A stretch of 64,000 nucleotides of DNA from Lachnospiraceae bacterium (GCA_024403615.1 JAKSRM010000008.1:273-64272), one strand, 5' to 3'; counted from the stretch's first letter, positions 1-9,505 are shown. Notes: a model not told the origin generated them from the sequence alone. Numbers and translations: made by a program.

Positions 1-2
1 TG

Positions 3-1079
3 AAATACGAGCGTCCAAAATACCTTGATCCTAGCATCAAGACTTACTTCAGAAAGAGTGCATTCAGCAAAGCTGGTGGCTTTACCGTTCCAAATATTAC
101 TGACCGTCCGATTTCTATCCGAGAGAACTTCCGCCGTGCAATGATGCATGAGAATCCTGCATGGGTTCCAAACTCAACCACAGACTTTAACTTTGCAATG
201 CTTACGGTAGTTACCGGTATGCCAGAAGCTGACTGGACATGGACCGAGCGTACCGAATACAAAGACTGGTTCGGCGTTGAATGGATGTATGTTCCGGAAG
301 CTGGCGGCCCTATGTTAAAGCCAAACACCCAGTTCCTGGATGACATTACCGATTGGAAAGAAAAAGTTAAATTCCCGAACCTGGATGAATACGATATTGA
401 AGGTTGCTGCAAGAAATGGTTAGAGACCTGTGATCCAGAAAAAGTTTACCATGTAAATATTGGCCAAGGTTGCACCGAACGTTTAGTAGCTCTTCGTGGT
501 GGTTATACCGATGCTATGTGTGACATGGCTCTGGAACCAGAAGCAGTTCGTGAATTCTTAGAAGCTTTCGTCGATTGGGAAATTCAGCTGATTGATAAGC
601 TTTGCGAATATCTGCCATTAGAATATGTAACTTATCATGATGACTGGGGAACAGAAAGAGATTCCTTCTTCAGCGAAGCGATGATGGATGCTATGGTATA
701 TCCTCCAACAAAGAGACTCTTCGACCATATCCGTTCCAAAGGCGTTTTCATCGAGCTTCATAGCTGCGGATGCATCAAACGTTTCGTTCCTTATATGATC
801 GACCTTGGCGTAAGTATGATGCAGATTCAGGCTCGTGCGAATGATTTCAAAGCTTACAAAGCTCAGTACGGCGACAAGATTGGTATCGAAGTTGGTGTAA
901 TGCCTACTCCTGGTATGACAAAAGACGAAGCTGTTGCTCGCATTCATGAAATCGTTGATGACTTCTCTGCTGGCGGCGGAATGATTTCTTCCTTCATGAG
1001 CCCAGACCCAGAACTGCTTTGGGATGGCACCATGGAACTGTACTACTACAGCCGCGAGAAATACGAAGGCGAAGCTTAA
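3..1079 (+). CDS. URO-D/MtaA-family corrinoid methyltransferase-like protein, 5'-truncated by the window edge
   Basis: The frame is open from nt 3, with no stop before the ATG at 141. Residues encoded before 141 (..ISIRENFRRAMMHENPAWVP) align with the N-terminal 'KENY..RGE.PEWIP' segment of the neighbouring paralogues, so the true start lies upstream of the window. The C-terminal half has family-like 'DDWGTE', 'ELHSCGC' and 'SAGGGM' segments. Confidence 0.75.
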   Translation, partial: KYERPKYLDPSIKTYFRKSAFSKAGGFTVPNITDRPISIRENFRRAMMHENPAWVPNSTTDFNFAMLTVVTGMPEADWTWTERTEYKDWFGVEWMYVPEAGGPMLKPNTQFLDDITDWKEKVKFPNLDEYDIEGCCKKWLETCDPEKVYHVNIGQGCTERLVALRGGYTDAMCDMALEPEAVREFLEAFVDWEIQLIDKLCEYLPLEYVTYHDDWGTERDSFFSEAMMDAMVYPPTKRLFDHIRSKGVFIELHSCGCIKRFVPYMIDLGVSMMQIQARANDFKAYKAQYGDKIGIEVGVMPTPGMTKDEAVARIHEIVDDFSAGGGMISSFMSPDPELLWDGTMELYYYSREKYEGEA

Positions 1080-1113
1080 AACAATTACTTCTTATAAAGA
1101 AACTGTATAAAAC

Positions 1114-1148
1114 AAAAAGGCGCTTGGAAATCCAAGCGCCTCTTTATT
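1114..1148. terminator. Bidirectional rho-independent terminator between convergent genes
   Basis: Perfect 9-bp GC-rich stem ggcgcttgg / ccaagcgcc (1119-1127 / 1132-1140) with loop aaat. It is flanked by an A-run upstream and tctttatt downstream. Confidence 0.75.
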
Positions 1149-1164
1149 ATCGAATGATATGAAA

Positions 1165-2193
1165 TTATTTTTTGTAGAATTCGCGTGATACTTCATGCAT
1201 AACTTCGTTAACCATATCTCTCTTCCAGATAGCTTTCTGATCGTTCGGATCTGGAATGATGAAGGAAGCCATGAAGCAGAAACCGCCGCCTGGTGCGTAG
1301 GTATTCGCTACGTCCCAAACGATTTCCCGGATCTGCTCTTCGTTTAAGTCCGCCTGGAAGGTGGAAGAAGAGTTAATGCAGCCTGCCATTACGAACTTGC
1401 TACCATATTTTTCTTTAATAGCTACTAAGTCGTTGCAGTTCTGAGCTGGGTTCCATACGTTAACGCCAAGCACGTTAACCATATCGTCTACGAAGCATTC
1501 ACATTTACCACAGTTATGGAAGCTTACGAACATATCTCTGTCATGAGCGATGTCGGATAATCTCTTATAATGTGGAAGTAAGAATTTTTCGTACATTTCT
1601 ACAGAAATGAAAGGATTTCCCCATGCAGCAGTATCGTCTACTAAAGACATGATATCTGGCTGATAGTAATCGATCGAACGATTAACAACGTCTACGTAGA
1701 AATCGCTTAAGTACTGGAATAATTCTTCGCATTCTTCTGGTTCTTCATATAATGCGCAAAGACCTTCTGTGAAGCCCATGAATGCCATTAAATGCTGGAA
1801 GTAACCGGTTCCTGCTACACCATACTGTACAGCCTGTTTGGAACGGTCGATATTTGCTTTCTCTAAATCTTTCTTTGCTAACTGTTCGAAATCGATTTCG
1901 TCAAGATTTGGAGCTTTGATGACGTCACGCCATTTTGTGATGTCGTCAAGAATGAAGTCCCATGTCTTAGGAATCATAGCGCCACCAGCTTCTTTGCTGG
2001 TTACATGCTCAACGCCCCAGATGTCCTTATGATCGCCGTTTGGATCCATAGCTTTCATTAAGAAAGATGGTGATGCGCCAGCGGTTGCTCTTTCCCATTT
2101 GTAGGAAGGATCTGCTGCCATGTGTGGAATCCACTCAGGAACTTCGCCACGTAAACACATAAAATAGTTTTCTTTTTCTGTTAACTGTGCCAT
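1165..2193 (-). CDS. URO-D-family corrinoid methyltransferase, paralogue 1 of 6 (putative substrate:corrinoid MT-I)
   Basis: 342 aa. Full-length similarity to the other five paralogues, with shared motifs IPKTWDFILDDITKW, MAFMGFTEGLCAL, DDTAAWGNPF, HNCGKCE and APGGGF. SD AAGGAGAG lies upstream of the ATG. Confidence 0.85.
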   Translation of the reverse strand: MAQLTEKENYFMCLRGEVPEWIPHMAADPSYKWERATAGASPSFLMKAMDPNGDHKDIWGVEHVTSKEAGGAMIPKTWDFILDDITKWRDVIKAPNLDEIDFEQLAKKDLEKANIDRSKQAVQYGVAGTGYFQHLMAFMGFTEGLCALYEEPEECEELFQYLSDFYVDVVNRSIDYYQPDIMSLVDDTAAWGNPFISVEMYEKFLLPHYKRLSDIAHDRDMFVSFHNCGKCECFVDDMVNVLGVNVWNPAQNCNDLVAIKEKYGSKFVMAGCINSSSTFQADLNEEQIREIVWDVANTYAPGGGFCFMASFIIPDPNDQKAIWKRDMVNEVMHEVSREFYKK

Positions 2194-2216
2194 TGTTAAC
2201 TCTCCTTGTATTTTTA

Positions 2217-3242
2217 TTATTTTTTGTAGAATTCTTTACTGATTTCAAACATTACTTTGTTGATAGTATCTTTCTTCCACTGCATGTATTTGTCCGTCTT
2301 ATCGTCGATCAGTAAGAATACCTGGAAGAAGAAGCCGCCGCCTGGAGCATATTTGTTAGCTACATCCCAAAGAATGTCGCGAATCTTTTCTTCTGTTAAA
2401 TCGTCTGCTACGAAAGTTGAAGAACCATTGATACATCCGGAAAGAATCAGTCTGTTACCGAATTTTGCTTTGATACCAGCAAGGTCGTTGCAGTTCTGTG
2501 CAGGGTCCCATGCATTGATACCAACGGTGTTAACCATATCATCTAAGAAGATTTCGCATTTACCACAGTTGTGGTAAGTAATCGGAAGATCTCTTTCCTT
2601 AGCGTAATCGGTAAGTCTTGCGTAACGAGGTACGAAGAATTTCTGGAACATATTCAGGGATACGAAAGGATTTCCCCAAGCTGCTGTATCATCACCGATA
2701 GACATTACGTCTGGTTTGTATAAATCAATAGTTTTTTCAATAACCTGGCAGTAGAAATCTGTTAAGTAATCGAACAATGCTTCGCATTCTTCTGGTTCTT
2801 CCGAAAGAGCGCAAAGGCCTTCGGTGAATCCCATAAATGCCATTAAGTTCTGGAAGATTCCGCCGCCGCCAGCGCCATAGGTAACTGCCTGATTCTCGCG
2901 GTCTACTGGCATTCTTTCCATATCTTTTTTAGCCATCATTTCCCAGTCAATGCCTTCCAGTGATGGAGCTTTAATAACATCATGCCATTTTGTGATGTCG
3001 TCAAGAATGAAGTCCCATGTCTTAGGAATCATTCCACCTGCTGCTTCTTTGCTGGTAATGTACTCAACGCCCCAAATATCTCTGTGGTCGCCGTTTGGAT
3101 CCATAGCTCTCATCATAAAGGATGGTGATGCTCCACCAGTAGGTCCTTTGATTGCTGGGTCCATAGTAATAACTGGAATCCATTCTGGCTGTTCGCCTCT
3201 AATACAACGTAAATAGTTCTCTTTTTCTGTTAACTGTGCCAT
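2217..3242 (-). CDS. URO-D-family corrinoid methyltransferase, paralogue 2 of 6
   Basis: 341 aa with the same motif set as paralogue 1. Its stop is only 23 nt from the paralogue 1 start, so the two are probably co-transcribed. Confidence 0.85.
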   Translation of the reverse strand: MAQLTEKENYLRCIRGEQPEWIPVITMDPAIKGPTGGASPSFMMRAMDPNGDHRDIWGVEYITSKEAAGGMIPKTWDFILDDITKWHDVIKAPSLEGIDWEMMAKKDMERMPVDRENQAVTYGAGGGGIFQNLMAFMGFTEGLCALSEEPEECEALFDYLTDFYCQVIEKTIDLYKPDVMSIGDDTAAWGNPFVSLNMFQKFFVPRYARLTDYAKERDLPITYHNCGKCEIFLDDMVNTVGINAWDPAQNCNDLAGIKAKFGNRLILSGCINGSSTFVADDLTEEKIRDILWDVANKYAPGGGFFFQVFLLIDDKTDKYMQWKKDTINKVMFEISKEFYKK

Positions 3243-3320
3243 AGTTTTTCTCCCTTCCTAATTTTAGGTATGAAATATCTTTGTCCTATGGATAAAATGT
3301 TATCACATGGGCTATTAGAT

Positions 3321-3358
3321 GTAAATAAAAAAGGCCTCCGGGAATTCCCGAAGGCCTC
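3321..3358 (-). terminator. Rho-independent terminator downstream of paralogue 3
   Basis: On the minus strand: aggccttcggg-aatt-cccggaggcct (10 of 11 bp paired) followed by tttttatttac. Confidence 0.7.
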
Positions 3359-3380
3359 ATTTCATAAGATCTGATTCGAA

Positions 3381-4406
3381 TTATTTCTTGTAGAACTCGT
3401 GTCCGATTTCACGCATAGCTTTGTTAACAGTGTTCTTTCTCCAGATATCGAATTCGTTTGTTTCATCAGGAATGATGAAGTGGCTCTGGAAGAAGAATCC
3501 GCCGCCTGGAGCGTACTTATTAGCTACGTCCCAAAGAATGTCGTAAATCTTCTCTTCTGTTAAGTCTTTAACTTCGAATGTTGTAGAACCGTTGATACAT
3601 CCGGACATGATCAGGTTGTTGCCGAATTTCTTCTTCAGTGCTAACAGGTCATTGCAGTCCTGAGCTGGGTCCCAAACCTTAACACCAACAATATTAACCA
3701 TATCGTCCATGAAGCTTTCGCATTTACCGCAGTTATGATAAGTAACGAAAAGACCTCTGTCTTTTGCATACTGTGTAAATCTAGCATAACGTGGAACGAA
3801 GAACTGCTGGAACATTGGAAGAGAAACGAAAGGATTTCCCCATGCAGCTGTATCATCAACGAGCATGATTGCGTCTGGCTGATACAGATCAATGGTATGA
3901 TCCATGATCTCGCAGTAGAAGTCTGTGATGTAATCGAACAGTGCTTCGCACTCTTCTGGTTCATCAAATAATGCGCAAAGGCCTTCGGTAAATCCCATGA
4001 ATGCCATTAAAGCCTGGAATAATCCAGAACCGCCAGTAGCGTAAGTAACGATCTGGTTCTCACGGTCTGGTTTGAACATTTCAAGGTCTTTCTTTGCCAT
4101 CTGTTCCCAATCAATGCCTTCCAGTGATGGAGCTTTGATTACGTCATGCCATTTTGTGATGTCGTCAAGAATGAAGTCCCATGTCTTAGGAATCATTCCG
4201 CCAGCAGCTTCTTTGCTTGTGATGTATTCAACACCCCAAATGTCCTTGTGGTCTCCGCCTGGGAACATGTGTTTCATTAAGAAAGATGGAGATGCAGAAG
4301 TTGTAGGTCCTTTAATTGCACGATCCATCGTGATATGTGGAATCCATTCTGGCTGTTCGCCACGGACTGCCATCATATAATTTTCGCGTTCTGTTAACTG
4401 TGCCAT
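3381..4406 (-). CDS. URO-D-family corrinoid methyltransferase, paralogue 3 of 6
   Basis: 341 aa with the same motif set; closest by eye to paralogues 2 and 4. Confidence 0.85.
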   Translation of the reverse strand: MAQLTERENYMMAVRGEQPEWIPHITMDRAIKGPTTSASPSFLMKHMFPGGDHKDIWGVEYITSKEAAGGMIPKTWDFILDDITKWHDVIKAPSLEGIDWEQMAKKDLEMFKPDRENQIVTYATGGSGLFQALMAFMGFTEGLCALFDEPEECEALFDYITDFYCEIMDHTIDLYQPDAIMLVDDTAAWGNPFVSLPMFQQFFVPRYARFTQYAKDRGLFVTYHNCGKCESFMDDMVNIVGVKVWDPAQDCNDLLALKKKFGNNLIMSGCINGSTTFEVKDLTEEKIYDILWDVANKYAPGGGFFFQSHFIIPDETNEFDIWRKNTVNKAMREIGHEFYKK

Positions 4407-4421
4407 AGTTTTTTCTCCTAA

Positions 4422-5450
4422 TTAGTTCTTTTTGTAGAATTCTTTACTGATTTCATCCATAACGTTGAATACAGTATCTCTTCTCCAGATATCATATTTA
4501 TTTGTTTCATCAGGAATGATGAAGCTTGCCTGGAAGAAGAAGCCGCCGCCTGGAGCGTATTTGTTAGCTACATCCCAAAGGATGTCACGGATTCTGTCTT
4601 CTGTTAAGTCGTCAGCTACGAATGTAGAAGAACCGTTGATACATCCGGACATGATCAGTCTGTTGCCATATTTGTTCTTAAGTGCTAACAGGTCGTTGCA
4701 GTCCTGAGCTGGGTCCCATACAGTAATGCCAACTTTTTCAATCATATCTGGCATGAAGCTTTCGCATTTACCGCAGTTATGATAAGTAACGAAAAGACCT
4801 CTGTCTTTTGCAAACTGTGTAAATCTGCTGTAACGAGGAACGAAATATCTCTGGAACATTGGAAGAGATACGAAAGGATTTCCCCATGCAGCGGTATCGT
4901 CTGTTAACTGGATTGCATCTGGTTTGTAGTAATCAATGCAGTTTTCCATGATTGTGCAGTAGAAGTCTGTAAAGTAATCGAATAATGCTTCGCACTCTTC
5001 TGGTTCTTCGGATAATGCGCAAAGGCCTTCAGTGAATCCCATGAATGCCATCAATGCCTGGAAAATACCTGTGCCGCCAGTCATGTAAACAACAACTTTG
5101 TTCTCACGGTCAACCTTGAACATTTCAAGATCTTTCTTTGCCATCTGTTCCCAATCAATGCCTTCCAGTGATGGAGCTTTGATTACATCGTGCCATTTTG
5201 TGATGTCGTCTAATAAGAAGTCCCATGTCTTAGGAATCATAGCGCCGCCAGCTTCTGCACTGGTTACATATTCAACACCCCAAATGTCCTTGTTGTCTCC
5301 GCCAGGTCTCATCTGTCCCATTAAGAAGGATGGGGATGCCATGCAGGTAGGGCCCTTGCCGCTACGGTCCATACGGATTACTGGAATCCATTCTGGCTGC
5401 TCGCCGCGAACTGCCATTAAGTAGTTTTCACGTTCTGTTAACTGTGCCAT
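4422..5450 (-). CDS. URO-D-family corrinoid methyltransferase, paralogue 4 of 6
   Basis: 342 aa with the same motif set. It lies 15 nt upstream of paralogue 3, so the two probably form an operon. Confidence 0.85.
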   Translation of the reverse strand: MAQLTERENYLMAVRGEQPEWIPVIRMDRSGKGPTCMASPSFLMGQMRPGGDNKDIWGVEYVTSAEAGGAMIPKTWDFLLDDITKWHDVIKAPSLEGIDWEQMAKKDLEMFKVDRENKVVVYMTGGTGIFQALMAFMGFTEGLCALSEEPEECEALFDYFTDFYCTIMENCIDYYKPDAIQLTDDTAAWGNPFVSLPMFQRYFVPRYSRFTQFAKDRGLFVTYHNCGKCESFMPDMIEKVGITVWDPAQDCNDLLALKNKYGNRLIMSGCINGSSTFVADDLTEDRIRDILWDVANKYAPGGGFFFQASFIIPDETNKYDIWRRDTVFNVMDEISKEFYKKN

Positions 5451-5492
5451 TGTTATATCTCCTTATGATTATTTATTTTTATACGATGCCCG

Positions 5493-5518
5493 CAAGGCTG
5501 TCATAAAAGACAGCCTTG
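5493..5518 (-). terminator. Stem-loop between paralogues 5 and 4 (possible terminator or processing hairpin without a U-tract)
   Basis: Perfect 10-bp stem caaggctgtc / gacagccttg with a 6-nt loop. No T-run follows on the minus strand, so function is uncertain. Confidence 0.35.
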
Positions 5519-5536
5519 AAAATATCATATTAAGTA

Positions 5537-6553
5537 CTATTTGTAGAATTCGTGGCTGATTTCTTCCATAACTTTGTTTACAGTATCTCTCTTCCAGATA
5601 GCGTGCTGATCGGTAGGATCTGGAATGATGAAGTGACACTGGAATGCGAAACCGCCGCCTGGTGCATATTTATTAGCAACATCCCAGCAGATCTCACGGA
5701 TCTGGTCTTCTGTGATGTTAGGGTCTTCGAAAGTCTGGGAAGAGTTAATGCATCCGGTAAGAACTAACTTGTTACCGAATTTCTTCTTGATTGCTTCCAG
5801 GTCGTTGCAGTTCTGAGCTGGGTTCCAGCCGCTGATACCAACAACGTTTACCATGTCATCCATGAAGATTTCGCATTTTCCGCAGTTATGAAGAGTTACA
5901 GGGATGTCTCTGTCATGAGCATAGTCTGCCATTCTCTTATAACGAGGAATGAAATAGTGCTGCATCATCTCTAATGATACGAAAGGATTTCCCCATGCTG
6001 CTGTATCATCTGTGATTCCCATGATGTCTGGTTTGTAAAGGTCGATAGTTTTTTCGATAACTTCACAATAGAAATCGCATAAGTAATCAAACAGAGCGTC
6101 GCACTCTTCTGGTTCTTCATATAAAGCGCAAAGGCCTTCGGTGAAGCCCATGAATGCCATTAAGTGCTGGAAGTATCCAGTTCCGCCTACACCGTAGGAA
6201 CCAGCCTGGTTTACATAGTCACGATGAGCAAGGTCTTTCTTTGCCATCTGTTCCCAGTCAAATCCGCTGATATCAGGAGCTTTGATTACATCATGCCATT
6301 TTGTAATGTCGTCAAGCAGGAAGTCCCATGTTCTAGGAAGCATTCCGCCTGCTGCTTCTTCACTTGTGATGTACTGAACACCAAAGATGTCCTTGTGGTC
6401 TCCATCTGGATAATAATGTTTTCTTAACCATGATACGGAAGCGTTTCCTGAAGGTCCTTTTCTTGTAGCATCCATGCTAATATGTGGGATCCATTCTGGC
6501 TGCTCGCCTCTTAAAGCCATTAAATAATTTTCTCTTTCAGTTAACTGTGCCAT
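5537..6553 (-). CDS. URO-D-family corrinoid methyltransferase, paralogue 5 of 6
   Basis: 338 aa. Motifs LPRTWDFLLDDITKW, MAFMGFTEGLCAL, DDTAAWGNPF, HNCGKCE and APGGGF. Confidence 0.85.
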   Translation of the reverse strand: MAQLTERENYLMALRGEQPEWIPHISMDATRKGPSGNASVSWLRKHYYPDGDHKDIFGVQYITSEEAAGGMLPRTWDFLLDDITKWHDVIKAPDISGFDWEQMAKKDLAHRDYVNQAGSYGVGGTGYFQHLMAFMGFTEGLCALYEEPEECDALFDYLCDFYCEVIEKTIDLYKPDIMGITDDTAAWGNPFVSLEMMQHYFIPRYKRMADYAHDRDIPVTLHNCGKCEIFMDDMVNVVGISGWNPAQNCNDLEAIKKKFGNKLVLTGCINSSQTFEDPNITEDQIREICWDVANKYAPGGGFAFQCHFIIPDPTDQHAIWKRDTVNKVMEEISHEFYK

Positions 6554-6594
6554 AGATATTTCTCCTTACCTATTTATAATTTTGCTAGCGTGCT

Positions 6595-6603
6595 ATTTTA
6601 TCA
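6595..6603 (-). promoter_or_regulatory. Candidate extended -10 element (TGATAAAAT) for paralogue 5
   Basis: Minus-strand TGATAAAAT lies about 42 nt upstream of the ATG at 6553. The identical 12-mer atatgataaaat recurs upstream of paralogue 6. Confidence 0.3.
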
Positions 6604-6821
6604 TATTTTAGTCAAGATATGAAATGCCCTACTCTCACATTCATAATATATTACCAAAAGAATCGTCGTGAAGACATTTCTTTGGAAAAATCAACACGAT
6701 TCCCATTTTTGTTGACTCCCAAAGCCTTCTTTTTGTATTTAAAAGATACCGATTTAGTGAAATCCATCCGTTATAATAGATATGACATAATAAATAAGAA
6801 GTATTTTGATTGGAGAACGTA

Positions 6822-7637
6822 ATGATTATTATTGGGGAAAAAATCAACGGGGCGATTCCGTCTATTAAAGATGCCATCTTAAACAAGAATGAAGAATTAA
6901 TCAAAGAGCGCACCATCCTTCAGGATGAAGCCGGTGCACATTTCTTAGATTGCGCTCCAAGTACATCTACTGACATTGAATACGATACCATGGTTTGGCT
7001 GATCCAGTTAATGCAGGGCGTATCCGAAAAGCCTCTTTGCATCGATAGTCCGAATGCCTCCTTACTGGCCAGAATTTTAGAAGAAGGCTGGGTAAATAAA
7101 CCAGGTATGGTAAATTCCGTAAATGAAGAAAGCAACAAGTGTGAAATCATTTTCCCACTAATTGCCCATACGGATTGGAACGTGGTAGCTCTTACTTGTG
7201 ATGCCGATGGCATTCCAATGGAAGCATCCAAAAAAATCGATATTGCGAAACGAATGATTGATAAAGCAGTCAAGTACGGCGTGGATTTGAAAAATCTGCA
7301 CATTGATCCTTGCGTTATGGCCCTTGCTGCTATGGCAGATTCCATGAACAACTTCATCGAATGTATTGAAGGAATTCACGAATATGCACCAGAAGTAAAA
7401 GTAACCGGCGCCATCTCGAATATTTCCTTTGATATGCCAGCGAGAAAATATGTAAACAATACTTGTATTGCTCTTGCGATGAAGGCCGGATTAGATAGCG
7501 CGATTCTGGATCCTACCAACGTCGATATGATGAGTACCATTTATGCTTGCGAAGCATTAAAAGGAACCGATAAAAATGGAAGAAAATATAACCGGGCTTA
7601 CCGCCAGGGAAAACTTGGAATAACACCGAAAAAATAA
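6822..7637 (+). CDS. Pterin-binding methyltransferase (methyl-corrinoid:tetrahydrofolate methyltransferase, MT-II-like)
   Basis: The N-terminus 'MIIIGEKINGAI' is typical of MeTr/AcsE/MetH pterin-binding (DHPS-like) domains. I prefer the ATG at 6822 with a GGAG 6 nt upstream over the TTG at 6810 in the ORF track. Confidence 0.8.
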   Translation: MIIIGEKINGAIPSIKDAILNKNEELIKERTILQDEAGAHFLDCAPSTSTDIEYDTMVWLIQLMQGVSEKPLCIDSPNASLLARILEEGWVNKPGMVNSVNEESNKCEIIFPLIAHTDWNVVALTCDADGIPMEASKKIDIAKRMIDKAVKYGVDLKNLHIDPCVMALAAMADSMNNFIECIEGIHEYAPEVKVTGAISNISFDMPARKYVNNTCIALAMKAGLDSAILDPTNVDMMSTIYACEALKGTDKNGRKYNRAYRQGKLGITPKK

Positions 7638-7662
7638 AGTACTATGTATTGGAGGGATAATA

Positions 7663-8301
7663 ATGTTTGATTTTGAAGAACTGAAAAATGTAATGGCAGA
7701 TCTGGACGAAGACCGGATGAAAGAAATCTTAGACGATGTAATGCAAGACGGCGGAAGCGAAGCGAAGAAAGCTTTGGAAGCTTGCCAGCAAGGCATGGAC
7801 ATCGTTGGAAAACGTTTTGAAAGTGGCGAATATTTCGTAGGCGATTTAATTTACGCTGGTGAAATTATGACCGATGCTGTTGAAATCATGAAAGAGGCTT
7901 TAGCAGGAGAAGCTGGAGAAGGTGGAGAAAAGACAAAAATGATTCTTTGCACCGTAAAAGACGACCTTCATGATATCGGAAAAAATATCGTAAAAGCAAT
8001 GCTGGAAGCAAACGGCTTTGAAGTACTGGATCTGGGAATCGATGTTCCTGCAGAGAAGGTTGTTGAAACTGTTAAAGCAGAAAACATCAAAATCGTTGCT
8101 CTTTCCGGTGTTTTAACTCTTGCTTTGAATTCTATGAAAGATACCGTTGACGCTCTGAAAGCAGCTGGCTTAACCGATGTAAAGGTTATCGTTGGTGGAG
8201 CTCCTGTATCCGAAAATTCTATCGCAATTACTGGTGCCGATGAATGGGCTTATTCTCCTCAGAAGACCGTTGATACATGTAAGGCATGGGCTAACAAATA
8301 G
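7663..8301 (+). CDS. Corrinoid (B12-binding) protein
   Basis: 212 aa with an N-terminal helical cap plus a Rossmann B12 domain. It has the DxHxxG motif 'DLHDIG' and a downstream 'VIVGGAP'. SD GGAGGG lies upstream. Confidence 0.9.
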   Translation: MFDFEELKNVMADLDEDRMKEILDDVMQDGGSEAKKALEACQQGMDIVGKRFESGEYFVGDLIYAGEIMTDAVEIMKEALAGEAGEGGEKTKMILCTVKDDLHDIGKNIVKAMLEANGFEVLDLGIDVPAEKVVETVKAENIKIVALSGVLTLALNSMKDTVDALKAAGLTDVKVIVGGAPVSENSIAITGADEWAYSPQKTVDTCKAWANK

Positions 8302-8316
8302 CAGAAAGCAGGCATT

Positions 8317-9489
8317 ATGAATAAAAAAGAATTACAGAAAGAAAGAATTGCGTTGTTCCGTGATGCTGCAAATTTTAAACATGTAGACCGCATCCCTCAC
8401 TTAGGCTGCGTCGTTACATGGAAAATCTTAGATGCTGGCTACACTTTAAGTGAAGCCATGACCAACTTCGACGTACTGGAAAAAAGCGTTCGTTATTTCC
8501 TGGATAAATATCCGGTAGATGCTATGCTGGATATTGGTATCCGAAATCAGTTCAATGTAACAGAAGCTTTCGGAACTCCAGGTTACTACTATTACAATGA
8601 CGAAGTAGTCGGTATTCATGACCATGCATACTGCACCGTCGATACCTTAATGGATTTCTTAAACGATCCAGACAGATATACCTGGGAAAAAATTCTTCCG
8701 GAAAAATACGGAGAGGATTGGAAAAAGAAAGACCTGGCAACTTGGAAGAAAACTTTCAGCGAATATATGAAATATACAAAATTCGTATTGAAGATGGCTT
8801 CTGTTACCGGGAAAGAATATGGTCTGCCTAGTATGGCTCCAAACAATCCAATGAAAGGTTCCATCCAATTCGCTATTGAAGAATTAGAAGCAAACCTTTT
8901 AGGAATCAAGGGCTTATCTCTTGCTCTTCGGAGAAATGCCGATCAGTTGGAAACCTTTGTAAGAGGATGGGACGAACAGCATATTGATCCGATTATTGAA
9001 GAAATCAAAAAGTCCAATGGACCAAGCGAGAAATATTGCTTCGATGCCTCCATTATGATGTTGGCTCACAATCTGTTACGGCCAGAACAGTTTGAGCGGT
9101 TCTATTGGCCAAGCTTGAAAAAACTTTTAGATGCATACGCAGACAAGAAGATGAACGTTCGTATTTTCGCAGAAGGTTCTATCCTGCGTTACGCAGATTA
9201 CTTTAAGGATTATCCAAAGGGAGTTCTTACGTTCCATATCGAAAAAGATGATCCGTTCGAGTTCCGTCAGGCATTCCCGAATGCATGTATCATGGGTGGT
9301 ATGACCACCGACATGTTATATATGTCTTCTCCGGAAGAGTGTGTAGATTATACGAAGAAGCTTTGTGATGAACTTGGAAAAGATGGCGGTTTCATTTTCA
9401 GTGAAAACAAGATGCTGTCCTACAAGAATGATGCAAAGAGCGAGAACCTTCTTGCCGTTTGCGAATTCTTGAATTCCTACAAAATGTGA
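8317..9489 (+). CDS. Divergent URO-D-family methyltransferase-like protein (390 aa)
   Basis: Overall URO-D-like layout: 'ERIALFRDAANFKHVDRIPHL' at the N-terminus and 'KDGGFIFS' near the C-terminus. It is co-directional with, and 15 nt downstream of, the corrinoid protein. It lacks the HxCG segment present in the six paralogues. Confidence 0.65.
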   Translation: MNKKELQKERIALFRDAANFKHVDRIPHLGCVVTWKILDAGYTLSEAMTNFDVLEKSVRYFLDKYPVDAMLDIGIRNQFNVTEAFGTPGYYYYNDEVVGIHDHAYCTVDTLMDFLNDPDRYTWEKILPEKYGEDWKKKDLATWKKTFSEYMKYTKFVLKMASVTGKEYGLPSMAPNNPMKGSIQFAIEELEANLLGIKGLSLALRRNADQLETFVRGWDEQHIDPIIEEIKKSNGPSEKYCFDASIMMLAHNLLRPEQFERFYWPSLKKLLDAYADKKMNVRIFAEGSILRYADYFKDYPKGVLTFHIEKDDPFEFRQAFPNACIMGGMTTDMLYMSSPEECVDYTKKLCDELGKDGGFIFSENKMLSYKNDAKSENLLAVCEFLNSYKM

Positions 9490-9505
9490 TGAATAGGAGA
9501 ATATT

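Noticed and set aside
6554-6821. Cobalamin riboswitch or a regulator gene in the 268-bp divergent region between paralogue 5 and the MT-II/corrinoid operon, including ORF 6619-6822 (67 aa).
   Set aside because: No B12-box-like sequence or extended conserved helices were recognisable by eye. The region is AT-rich promoter-like DNA. The 67-aa ORF has no SD and has low-complexity composition. A covariance-model scan (Rfam RF00174) would be needed to exclude a riboswitch formally.
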